Positions 1-7,608 of a stretch of DNA of 64,000 nt are shown piece by piece (the stretch's first letter is position 1; the number at the start of each line of letters is the position of its first letter). The notes under the pieces are model-generated. The model worked only from the letters and a program-made list of their open reading frames with translations. It was not told where the DNA came from and searched no databases. This DNA comes from a virus, in IMG/VR virus record IMGVR_UViG_3300009168_000004, positions 1-64,000 of that record. One strand, written 5' to 3'. Position numbers and translations under genes: made by a program.

Positions 1-10
1 GGGTTCCTCT

Positions 11-292
11 TCAGACGTGGTCGTGGAAGACGGTCAGGTCAAGCCACTCTTGTGTGACGGCGAAGGTCACCCCGACGGTCGGGGCGGCAGCCAGGACGAA
101 CTGCATGGCGCTTTCGCCGTCCATCGAGTTGATGGCTTCGACGTCCGGGGCGGACACGAAGTCCAAGGCGTAGCCCGGGAAGTCGACGTGGACTGCGACG
201 TTCTCCAGGCGGCTGTCGTGGACGACGGTGATCGTCGAGCCGGGGAAGAGCTTGGAGAACTCGCGGGTGAAGTACTGGACGACGGTGATCAT
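11..292 (-). CDS. hypothetical early protein
   Basis: 93-aa ORF with GC3-rich codons, co-oriented with neighbours. Confidence 0.6.
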   Translation of the reverse strand: MITVVQYFTREFSKLFPGSTITVVHDSRLENVAVHVDFPGYALDFVSAPDVEAINSMDGESAMQFVLAAAPTVGVTFAVTQEWLDLTVFHDHV

Positions 293-396
293 CGGGCGAT
301 CCTCTGGCGGATGTTGGCGCGGGCGAGAGCGGCGGCTGGCCCCATCGTGGAGCGGAAGGACCAGTAGTCGAAGGCGAAGGTTAGAAGGTTGCGCAT
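289..396 (-). CDS. small hypothetical protein (35 aa)
   Basis: ATG at 396 after ACAGGAG RBS, downstream of promoter 422-453; TGA overlaps the next ATG. Confidence 0.45.
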   Translation of the reverse strand: MRNLLTFAFDYWSFRSTMGPAAALARANIRQRIAR

Positions 397-421
397 CGGG
401 TAGCTCCTGTTTGGTGGAGCT

Positions 422-453
422 ACCTTACTCATGAAGCATTTGCAGAGTGTTAA
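422..453 (-). promoter_or_regulatory. early promoter-like element, class I
   Basis: TTAACA-ctctgcaaatgcttcatgag(20)-TAAGGT on - strand; motif recurs in the early region. Confidence 0.65.
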
Positions 454-944
454 TCCGCAGAGACCTTCGCCTTATTTTTCAGGGGCTGGCCCATCTTTCC
501 AAGGGTGTCCTGGTACGCGAACGCCGCCCTCAGGGCAGCCACCCGGTCAGCCTCGGTCCGGGGCAGGACCTCGACCTTCGAGTCCAGCATCGTGCTGTAG
601 CGGAACTTGCCGTCGGCGTTGGCGAAGGTCACGTACATGACCGGCTGGCGCTCGGCACCGACGTAGGCGCCGACGTGGGGTTCGGAGATCTCGGTGACCG
701 TGAACTTCGCGCCGCCCGAGTGGATGCGGTTGCCAGCCACGACCTGGTCGGCCCGGACGGTCCGCTGCTCCTTGAACCAGGCGTACGCCGCAGCGCCCCG
801 CTTGGTCAGCTTCTTGCCCGTGCCGGCGCAGCCGAAGCAGGTCGAGCCGTGCATCTGGCAGTAGGAGTAGCTGCCCGATCCGCCGCAGCGGCCGCAGTGG
901 GTTCGCTCGAACTCGGTGGACGGGGTGGTGGGGGTCGCGGTCAT
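450..944 (-). CDS. protein with DnaJ-type zinc-finger N-terminus
   Basis: CGRCGGSG...CFGCAGTG motifs; RBS GGCACAGGAG. Confidence 0.7.
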   Translation of the reverse strand: MTATPTTPSTEFERTHCGRCGGSGSYSYCQMHGSTCFGCAGTGKKLTKRGAAAYAWFKEQRTVRADQVVAGNRIHSGGAKFTVTEISEPHVGAYVGAERQPVMYVTFANADGKFRYSTMLDSKVEVLPRTEADRVAALRAAFAYQDTLGKMGQPLKNKAKVSAD

Positions 945-975
945 CTTCAGATCTCCTGTGCCAGTTGGTGCAGAG

Positions 976-1008
976 ACAGTAGCCCTAGACTCTTCAACAG
1001 CTCGTCAA
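976..1008 (-). promoter_or_regulatory. early promoter-like element, class II
   Basis: TTGACG-agctgttgaagagtctagggc(21)-TACTGT. Confidence 0.6.
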
Positions 1009-1356
1009 TGCGTCCCGTCGTAGTCAGGATTTTTCTTGGAGAATGCGTCCTGCTCGGCAAAGAGCGCCGCCAGGCGGGTCCGCATCCCGACGGTCTGGTC
1101 CATCAGGGCGGCCAGGACGTCGGACAGCGACTCGATGCCGGAGCCCTGGGCGTCCAGGACCGGCAGGCCGTGGGCGATCCCGTTGCCGGTCACGAGCCAG
1201 TCCTGCCCGGACCAGACGAGCTCGACGGGCCCGCGCATCCACAGGACGGTTCCCGAGGGCAGGGGTCTGGCTGAACTCGAAGCCGGCCATCCTGGCGACG
1301 GCCTCGAAGGGGTGGGGTGCGGTGGTGGTGGTGGTGGTGGTGGTGGTGGTGGTCAT
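1005..1356 (-). pseudogene. hypothetical protein with poly-Thr N-terminus and apparent +1 frameshift
   Basis: ATG at 1356 followed by (ACC)11; the GC3-rich frame switches near 1262-1265 into ORF 1005..1238. Confidence 0.45.
1321..1353. repeat. (GGT)11 microsatellite
   Basis: 11 perfect GGT units. Confidence 0.95.
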
Positions 1357-1535
1357 GATTGCTTCTCCATCATCGTCTGGAACCTCTGGAGCCAGTCGTC
1401 CATGAAACGATGGTGGACCTCCATGGTCGAGTGCATGCTGCTCGCTGCTCTCTGCATTTCGCTTGCTGCCGAAGACATCGTGCTCGCGGCTCGGGAGACT
1501 TCCTCCGCTCCCAATAGAGTTATGTATCGTTCCAT
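1353..1535 (-). CDS. hypothetical protein
   Basis: 60-aa ORF with GGAGAG RBS; stop overlaps the next start. Confidence 0.6.
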   Translation of the reverse strand: MERYITLLGAEEVSRAASTMSSAASEMQRAASSMHSTMEVHHRFMDDWLQRFQTMMEKQS

Positions 1536-1547
1536 TTGCTCTCTCCT

Positions 1548-1784
1548 TCAGCGGTAGTAGCGGTTGGACTTGCGGCGGTAGGGGGACAGGTCGTAGCGGC
1601 GGGCAGCAGCCTCGTCGGCCTTGCTGACCGCGCGGGGGACGCTGGCCCAGCCCGACGCCCACTCGACGCCGTCCTCGGACAGCTTCGGCGCGCCCAGCTT
1701 CGTGTGGCCGGTGACGTGGGGGTTGGCGCTCTGCGAGAGACCGGACAGGCAGGCCATGCGGCCGAACTCAAAGGGGGTAGCCAT
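1548..1784 (-). CDS. hypothetical protein
   Basis: 78-aa ORF with AAAGGA RBS, downstream of promoter 1811-1842. Confidence 0.65.
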   Translation of the reverse strand: MATPFEFGRMACLSGLSQSANPHVTGHTKLGAPKLSEDGVEWASGWASVPRAVSKADEAAARRYDLSPYRRKSNRYYR

Positions 1785-1810
1785 CGGGGTTGTCCTTTCG
1801 GGTTGCAGGC

Positions 1811-1842
1811 ACCTTACCCAAGACTCTTCAAAAGAACATCAA
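1811..1842 (-). promoter_or_regulatory. early promoter-like element, class II
   Basis: TTGATG-ttcttttgaagagtcttggg(20)-TAAGGT. Confidence 0.6.
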
Positions 1843-2291
1843 CGCAGCATCCCCAGCAGAGCATCTTGCAGAACTATCTGGGCGGTCTCGTACCGACGGG
1901 CTAGGCTGGGTGTCAGCCCGTCGGACCTGGCGGGGTCCAGGTTGTCGGCCAGGTCGGCCAGCTTCACCCGGACGGCATCGAAGTTCCCCGACTGGGCGAT
2001 CGCCTGGATGTACTCGGCGTAGGTCTTCCGGTGGTCTCGGGTCAGGAGGGCGACCGACTCGATCACGCCCAGCGGGAAGCCAGCGAACCGGAGGTCGTCG
2101 GCGTCGACGTGCGTGTCCTCGATCGCGTCGTGGAGCAGGGCGACCATCTTTATCTCGAGCGGAGCGTAGGCTCCCAGCCGGCGCATCACGCGATCAGCGT
2201 GCTGCCAGTAGGGCTCGCCCCTCTTGTCCGTCAGCCCGTCGTGGGCATCCTTGACGAAGTCCAGGGTTCTCCTCAGGTCCATCGGCTGCAT
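1839..2291 (-). CDS. HD-domain phosphohydrolase, SpoT/Mesh1 ((p)ppGpp hydrolase)-like
   Basis: AH.G..DKRGEPY..H, ALLHDAIEDT and VKLADLADN motifs. Confidence 0.8.
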   Translation of the reverse strand: MQPMDLRRTLDFVKDAHDGLTDKRGEPYWQHADRVMRRLGAYAPLEIKMVALLHDAIEDTHVDADDLRFAGFPLGVIESVALLTRDHRKTYAEYIQAIAQSGNFDAVRVKLADLADNLDPARSDGLTPSLARRYETAQIVLQDALLGMLR

Positions 2292-2302
2292 CTTCCTGCT
2301 CC

Positions 2303-2506
2303 TCAGATCGTGATGGTCTTGTGGGTGACTTCGGTCAGCAGGACCCGATAGTCGTGGTCCAGGCGAGCGCCGTCCCGGCGGATGCGGGCGACGGCAGCCT
2401 TCGCGATCTCCAGGGTGGTGAAGGTCTGGTCGTTGGCCGAGACGACGTCGGTGCCGTTCTTCGACATCCAGAGGGTGCTGACGCGGTAGAAGGTGTTCGT
2501 GCTCAT
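2303..2506 (-). CDS. hypothetical protein
   Basis: MSTNTFY start after GGCACAGGA RBS. Confidence 0.6.
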   Translation of the reverse strand: MSTNTFYRVSTLWMSKNGTDVVSANDQTFTTLEIAKAAVARIRRDGARLDHDYRVLLTEVTHKTITI

Positions 2507-2539
2507 GGTCTGAAGTCCTGTGCCTGTTTCGATGGGGCT

Positions 2540-2571
2540 AGCATATTCAAGAAACGTTTGCAGAGCGTTAA
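2540..2571 (-). promoter_or_regulatory. early promoter-like element, class I
   Basis: TTAACG-ctctgcaaacgtttcttgaa(20)-TATGCT. Confidence 0.6.
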
Positions 2572-2574
2572 CGA

Positions 2575-2903
2575 TCACAGGTACCTCCAAGCATTTTCCA
2601 TGGCGCCCATGATCAGGTCGTCGAGTTGATTGCGGTGGATAGGGCGCTCATCGCGCAGTGGCAGGGGTGGTCGGCTCCGGTGCATCCGTCGCCGCAGTGG
2701 TTCTTGGATCGCTGGGCGGCAAACAGCTTGGCAAAGTCCTCCTGCGCCTTGTTCGCGATCGCCAGCTCCCGGGCCTCGTCGGCCGTCAACCACTCGCGGT
2801 CTTCGGGGGTTGGGGAGCCGCCCAGCATGAACAGCCGGGTGGCCATCGAGTCGTCGTTCGGGTCTTGGGTCACAGGTACCTCCAAGCATTTTCCATGGCG
2901 CCC
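2575..2903. repeat. 34-bp perfect direct repeat (2575-2608 and 2870-2903)
   Basis: tcacaggtacctccaagcattttccatggcgccc occurs twice. Confidence 0.95.
2613..2873 (-). CDS. hypothetical Cys/His-rich protein
   Basis: GTG start inside the 34-bp repeat after GGAGGT; contains HCGDGCTGADHPCHC. Confidence 0.55.
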   Translation of the reverse strand: MTQDPNDDSMATRLFMLGGSPTPEDREWLTADEARELAIANKAQEDFAKLFAAQRSKNHCGDGCTGADHPCHCAMSALSTAINSTT

Positions 2904-3160
2904 TTGAGGGCTTCCTTCTGCGACAGGCCATAGCCCGACCACATCCGGCCGTTCGGATACCACACGACGATCTGGTCCGGACCGTCCTTGTGGCCGCGGG
3001 CCATCAGCCACTGCTTGCCGTGGAGGGTGGCCACCCGGAAGCCGACGAACTCGTCGATGCCGGAGTAGTCCTTGGCGAATGCGGGCTTGTCGACCAGCGG
3101 GAGGTCTACGCGGAACTCGGCGAAGCCGGTCGGGATCTGGATGGTGACGGTGCGGGCCAT
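2870..3160 (-). CDS. hypothetical protein
   Basis: 96-aa ORF with GC3-rich codons. Confidence 0.65.
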   Translation of the reverse strand: MARTVTIQIPTGFAEFRVDLPLVDKPAFAKDYSGIDEFVGFRVATLHGKQWLMARGHKDGPDQIVVWYPNGRMWSGYGLSQKEALKGAMENAWRYL

Positions 3161-3161
3161 G

Positions 3162-3284
3162 TTAGCAGGCCCCCGTGAGGGTGATGCGGAGGCGGCCAGC
3201 GTCGGCCTTGAAGCCGATGCCGCGCTGAGCGAGGCCGGCGATCGTTTCGATGAATTGTTCGAGGTCTACGCAGTCGATGGTCAT
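3162..3284 (-). CDS. small hypothetical protein (40 aa)
   Basis: MTIDCVDLEQF..., ACAGGA RBS, follows promoter 3318-3350. Confidence 0.5.
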   Translation of the reverse strand: MTIDCVDLEQFIETIAGLAQRGIGFKADAGRLRITLTGAC

Positions 3285-3317
3285 TGGAGTTGTCCTGTTG
3301 CCTGTTTCGATGCAGGC

Positions 3318-3350
3318 ACCGTACTCCAAGACTCTTCAACAGAACATCTC
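3318..3350 (-). promoter_or_regulatory. early promoter-like element, class II (degenerate upstream hexamer)
   Basis: GAGATG-ttctgttgaagagtcttggag(21)-TACGGT. Confidence 0.5.
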
Positions 3351-3377
3351 ATGCAGGGATCATTCGCAGAAAAAAGT

Positions 3378-3764
3378 TCAGGCCGGCTTCTTGGGCTCCG
3401 CCGCCAGGTGCTCCCCGGCCAGGCCTCGGGCGTCGTTCGCCCCGGCGGCGATCCGACGGACGACCTCCACGCTCGCCAGGAGCCACGCCCGTCGGGCATC
3501 GCTGTAGGCATCCCGTTCATCCCGGGCCTTCGACTCAGCCTCCCAGCGGGCTGCTCTGGTCGCCCGGAGGGCCTCCCGCTTCACCGGGTCGTGGAGGGCA
3601 CAGAAGCCCATCCGCTTGCCCTCGTACTGGCGCCAGACCTTCACCTTGTTTCGGCACTGGTGGCTGAAGTAGCTGCCCACTCCCCGGACGGCGCACCGGC
3701 ACCGAGTGGCGTCGGGCTGACGCTGACTGAGCGCCCGGTTCGGGGACCAGATGAAGAAGCTCAT
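3378..3764 (-). CDS. hypothetical protein, possible Zn-binding
   Basis: C...QC...FCALH pattern followed by a coiled coil. Confidence 0.6.
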   Translation of the reverse strand: MSFFIWSPNRALSQRQPDATRCRCAVRGVGSYFSHQCRNKVKVWRQYEGKRMGFCALHDPVKREALRATRAARWEAESKARDERDAYSDARRAWLLASVEVVRRIAAGANDARGLAGEHLAAEPKKPA

Positions 3765-3842
3765 GGGGTCACCGGAGGAGGAGTGGACCGAGGACTGCGG
3801 CCAGGTACAGGCCGAGGATGACCACCCAGAAGACCAGCTCGC

Positions 3843-4118
3843 TCAGGCATCCTCGGAGCCTTCCGTTTCCGTCGCCGGATACCATCTCGCACCCTTCTCG
3901 CCCTGCGTCACTGCGCTGTGAACCTTGCCGCGATCGCGCAGCCACTTCAGATCCGGGTCGATCAGGTTCGACTTCAGCCCAGCCCTCTTGCGTTCTTCGC
4001 ACCGAAAGTACGACTTGAACACGTCGGCCCCACTCAGTCCGGGGCTGGCCCGGATGATGCTCTCGATGATGCTCCGACGGACCAGCGTTCGGCCATCAGT
4101 GTACTTGGGCATCTTCAC
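3843..4118 (-). CDS. hypothetical basic protein, possibly wHTH
   Basis: 91-aa ORF with GGGAGGA RBS. Confidence 0.55.
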   Translation of the reverse strand: MKMPKYTDGRTLVRRSIIESIIRASPGLSGADVFKSYFRCEERKRAGLKSNLIDPDLKWLRDRGKVHSAVTQGEKGARWYPATETEGSEDA

Positions 4119-4145
4119 TCCTCCCTGATGGTCTCATCGCCGTTG

Positions 4146-4370
4146 TCATCGCGCTCTCTTATTCCACGCGGCGGAGGCCTCGGCTCGTCGTGGATAGCCG
4201 ATCGTGTTTGTCATTCCCATCGGACAGCCGTCTCGAATGTCACGGCAATAGGCGCGCCAGCTTGCGATTGTTGAGCCGTTGCTGTCGTGCTCCAGCCCGG
4301 CCTCCGATCCGCAAAACGGACACGGCTGCAACTCGCCCTTGATCGGCGGTACAATGACGGGCTCGGTCAT
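4146..4370 (-). CDS. Lar-family restriction-alleviation-like zinc-binding protein
   Basis: ELQPCPFCGS...C...C...AWNKRA signature. Confidence 0.75.
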   Translation of the reverse strand: MTEPVIVPPIKGELQPCPFCGSEAGLEHDSNGSTIASWRAYCRDIRDGCPMGMTNTIGYPRRAEASAAWNKRAR

Positions 4371-4615
4371 GGCTTGGTTCCAAGAACTGCCGTCCTGGTC
4401 CTGTCGATCGCATCCACAAGGGGGTTGGTCCCGGCATCGCTCAGCTCTGCCCAAGTGACCGTGCGGGAGTCTCGAGCCTGCAGGGGGTGGTGCAAAGCGC
4501 AGGTCGTCACCGCGATGCCCTCCGGCACGATGCGCATCACGGTCGTCGCTTCGTCGAAGCCCTTGCCCCGGTGAACCCTGTCGACGTGGGCGGCGGCTCT
4601 CATCAGCATGTCCAT
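4367..4615 (-). CDS. hypothetical protein
   Basis: 82-aa ORF with GAGGAG RBS, coupled to the Lar-like gene. Confidence 0.6.
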   Translation of the reverse strand: MDMLMRAAAHVDRVHRGKGFDEATTVMRIVPEGIAVTTCALHHPLQARDSRTVTWAELSDAGTNPLVDAIDRTRTAVLGTKP

Positions 4616-4646
4616 TCACTTCTCTCCTCTGTTGCAATGGCTTGGG

Positions 4647-5693
4647 TCAACCGGCTCGCGTGGCTGACCTCCCCTTGAAGCGTTCGACCGAGTAGTCGTG
4701 GACGACGAAGCCGAGGGCGGCGTCGCCCCGCTCGTGCTCGGCGATCCACGTCTTGCCCTTCAGCGTCTCCCGCCAGAAGCCCCGGACCATGTGCCGCTTC
4801 CTGCGGGCCAGGGCCTGCACGCGGTCCAGGATCGTCATGGCCCGGATCGTCGGGACGGTCAGGGTGACGACAGTGTGCGAGATGAACTTCTTGTAGTTCC
4901 CCTTGGCCACGTAGCCCTTCGAGGGGTGGACTTCGCGGAAGGCGACGGGAAGGTCGTTGATCGTCGAGAGGAACGCCCAGAGATAGCGCAGGTCGCCGGC
5001 GAGCTCAGCGATCGGGTTGTGCTTCTGGATCTCGACCATCATCTGCGAGATGGTGGTCTCGATCAGGGGCGACGGCATGATCCCGACGTGGGGGCTCCTG
5101 TAGTGCAGGTCACCCGTGAGCACGCCCTCGACCGACGCCGTCGTCGTGGCCCGGTCGGGCTGCAGGTGCGAGGCGATCGGCATCTCCCGGTCCATGACCC
5201 TCCAGGGGAGGGGGTGGTCCTCCGAGCACCAGGCGTACGCCAGGAAGTGGGGCTGCGCTTGCTCGAGCGTCTCGTCGTGCGCACCGTAGGTGTGGCTGGC
5301 GCACTCGATCGCCGTGAAGGCGTAGTCGATCGTCGGGTGCTGGATGCACAGCCAGCCGAGGCGCGCGGGCATCTCCCCGATGGATGGGGGGTCCAGGAAC
5401 TGGGTGCCGATCTCGAGGGCCCTGCTGTGCCGGACCCTGGCGTTGTACTCGATCCACGTCACCCGGTGGGGCAGGCGAGACAGGAAGCGCATCGCGTTCA
5501 GCGACGCAGCCGTGTCCTCTCCGAGCCGATCCGCACCGCCGATGTCCGCGAGGAACGAACTCATCGAGTCGTCCATCACGAACTTGCGGGCTCCGGCCAG
5601 CGTCTCGGCGAACTTGCGCCCCCCGATCAGGTGCCCGTGCTTGGACAGGCACCGGCCGATGATCGCGTCGGCCAGGGTCGGGGGGTTCTTCAA
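4647..5693 (-). CDS. conserved phage hypothetical protein (C-terminal RHxVRGxWR motif)
   Basis: probable TTG start at 5693 after CAGGAGG; about 348 aa. Confidence 0.7.
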   Translation of the reverse strand: MKNPPTLADAIIGRCLSKHGHLIGGRKFAETLAGARKFVMDDSMSSFLADIGGADRLGEDTAASLNAMRFLSRLPHRVTWIEYNARVRHSRALEIGTQFLDPPSIGEMPARLGWLCIQHPTIDYAFTAIECASHTYGAHDETLEQAQPHFLAYAWCSEDHPLPWRVMDREMPIASHLQPDRATTTASVEGVLTGDLHYRSPHVGIMPSPLIETTISQMMVEIQKHNPIAELAGDLRYLWAFLSTINDLPVAFREVHPSKGYVAKGNYKKFISHTVVTLTVPTIRAMTILDRVQALARRKRHMVRGFWRETLKGKTWIAEHERGDAALGFVVHDYSVERFKGRSATRAG

Positions 5694-6184
5694 GCCACCC
5701 TCCTGTGGCTCTGGGTGCGCGCCCAGCTCAGCAGCCCGTCCGGGCCCGGTTGGACGTACCGGCTGCGCGGAACCTCGCCCCACGTGCGCGGCATGGGCTC
5801 GTAGACCCAAGCGATGTAGTCCTTCGGATCGCCGTCGATCCTGACCCGGCGCTTGACCCTGCGGTAGTGCCCGTGGGCTACGCCCTCGAGCCGGTCCATC
5901 GACTTCAGCATGTCCGCCTCGTCCGGGCCCTTCAGGTCGAAGACCTCGCCCCGGACCTGGGCTCCGCCGGGGTGCCCGTCACAGTTGAAGATGTAGGGGT
6001 AGCCCACGTTCTTCATCCGATACGTCGCCCTGGTCGTCGCCTCGCCCTGGAACGATGCTCGGTCCAAGTGCCAGTGGTTCCCATAACCTCTCATCAAGGT
6101 CCCGTACACAAACACCAGCGTCCGCTGGTCCCGGACCTTCGTCGGGGCGTTGCAGAACAAGATCGTGTCGCGCTTCGTCGTCAT
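5690..6184 (-). CDS. gamma-glutamylcyclotransferase (AIG2/GGACT-like)
   Basis: VFVYGTLMRG.GNH, V.GEV and MDRLEG motifs. Confidence 0.88.
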   Translation of the reverse strand: MTTKRDTILFCNAPTKVRDQRTLVFVYGTLMRGYGNHWHLDRASFQGEATTRATYRMKNVGYPYIFNCDGHPGGAQVRGEVFDLKGPDEADMLKSMDRLEGVAHGHYRRVKRRVRIDGDPKDYIAWVYEPMPRTWGEVPRSRYVQPGPDGLLSWARTQSHRRVA

Positions 6185-6316
6185 TGCCTTCTCCTGTGCC
6201 ATTCAAATTCTCGAACGCCTGCCCGAGCTGGCGGGCCTTCAGCTTGGCGACCACCGCCCTCTCCGCCTCGCGAACGAGGCGGGACATCTCGGTGGCGATG
6301 GTCTCGCTGTCCCACA

Positions 6317-6514
6317 TCAGTCCGCCGAGATCCATCCCAGGTCGACCGGACCGAGGAGGACGCGGATGAAGGTGCCGCCCATGTAGGCTTCGTCGCCAGG
6401 GTGGTGCGGGCGGAACTCGATGTCGACGACCGTCCCGAAGGAGCGGGTGTTGCCGAAGCGGTAGTCGTCGCCGATGCGGAAGTCTGAGTCGTCGCGGTCT
6501 GAGCGGAAGTCCAT
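6317..6514 (-). CDS. hypothetical protein
   Basis: 65-aa ORF with ACAGGAG RBS, after promoter 6544-6576. Confidence 0.55.
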   Translation of the reverse strand: MDFRSDRDDSDFRIGDDYRFGNTRSFGTVVDIEFRPHHPGDEAYMGGTFIRVLLGPVDLGWISAD

Positions 6515-6543
6515 GGTCGTGATCTCCTGTTGCCGTTGGAAGC

Positions 6544-6576
6544 ACTCTACTCATGAAACCATTTGCAGAGTGTCAA
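6544..6576 (-). promoter_or_regulatory. early promoter-like element, class I
   Basis: TTGACA-ctctgcaaatggtttcatgag(21)-TAGAGT. Confidence 0.65.
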
Positions 6577-6589
6577 CGCCGGCGAACTT

Positions 6590-7372
6590 TCAGGACGCCG
6601 CCTCCGCCGCCGGGGGAGGGAGCAGGATCGTGCCCTGCGCAGGCTCGGAGGTGTCGGGCTTGATCTCGTCGTCGGTCATCGAGGGCGACCGGGGCGTGAT
6701 GATCAAGTCCTTCGCCAGGTTCGGCGCACCGCGCTGGCGGTGCCGGTAGGCCAGGTACTCGGTCACGTCCTTGCCCGCCCAGCTCTGCTGCAGGGCGACG
6801 TCCAGGTAGGCCGGGTCGAGCCCACAGTCCACGTAGCCCTGCTCGATCGTCTTGAGGTAGGTCTCCGACGGGGGCTGGATGCCTTCGTCGTTCATCTGGT
6901 AGAACAGGACCCTGTAGACCTTCTTGTTGCCCCGGAGCTTGAAGTAGGACTTCCGGTAGGCCCCGGAGCCGACGCCCTCGTAGCGATCGAGCTTCGCCTC
7001 GTCCCGAGCCGTGATCGACCAGAGCGCACCGGGGCAGCGCGACCCCTCCTTGACCGTCACGTCGGCCACGCCCCGGAAGACCAGGGCGCAGTCGTCGACG
7101 TAGAGGGCGCGCCGGTACTTGGCACCGGGGCATCGCTTCTCCATCTGCGCCGCGTTCAGGTTGGAGCCGTAGGCCCAGTAGAGCTGCCGGACCTCGGGCT
7201 CCGGCCGGGTGCTCCGGACGATGGGCCGGTCCTTCCACACCCGCTCGGGCGTCAGCCGCTCCCTGGTGATGTCGTCGGCCCGGTCCTGCCAGGGCTCGCG
7301 CTTCGGGCCAGTGGTGGTCGGCATGTTGCGCTCGGCCATCCACTCGCTCAGGTTCTTGTATCCTCGTGCCAC
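6590..7372 (-). CDS. gamma-glutamylcyclotransferase (GGCT/AIG2_2-like)
   Basis: LYWAYGSNL...QM..RCP.A, LDRYEG and PS..YL..I..GY motifs. Confidence 0.88.
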   Translation of the reverse strand: MARGYKNLSEWMAERNMPTTTGPKREPWQDRADDITRERLTPERVWKDRPIVRSTRPEPEVRQLYWAYGSNLNAAQMEKRCPGAKYRRALYVDDCALVFRGVADVTVKEGSRCPGALWSITARDEAKLDRYEGVGSGAYRKSYFKLRGNKKVYRVLFYQMNDEGIQPPSETYLKTIEQGYVDCGLDPAYLDVALQQSWAGKDVTEYLAYRHRQRGAPNLAKDLIITPRSPSMTDDEIKPDTSEPAQGTILLPPPAAEAAS

Positions 7373-7373
7373 T

Positions 7374-7607
7374 TCACTTCTCCTGTGCCAGTTCGATCAG
7401 TCCAATGTGGAGCAGATCCTTTACAAAGTCGTCAAACGAAGAGGTTCGAATTTCTCCTCCAGTCTGCATGACGATCCGCTCGGCCGCCTGCTTCATCCAG
7501 GTCGTGTCGTCCCCGACGGGGGAGTGGGAGGTCCGGTGCATGTGGCGGACCAGGGCTTCCGGGGTGGCCGCGTCGACCACCCGGCCGTCTACGATGTACG
7601 TGGTCAT
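7374..7607 (-). CDS. hypothetical protein of the amidoligase cluster
   Basis: 77-aa ORF between the amidoligase and GGCT genes. Confidence 0.65.
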   Translation of the reverse strand: MTTYIVDGRVVDAATPEALVRHMHRTSHSPVGDDTTWMKQAAERIVMQTGGEIRTSSFDDFVKDLLHIGLIELAQEK

Positions 7608-7608
7608 G

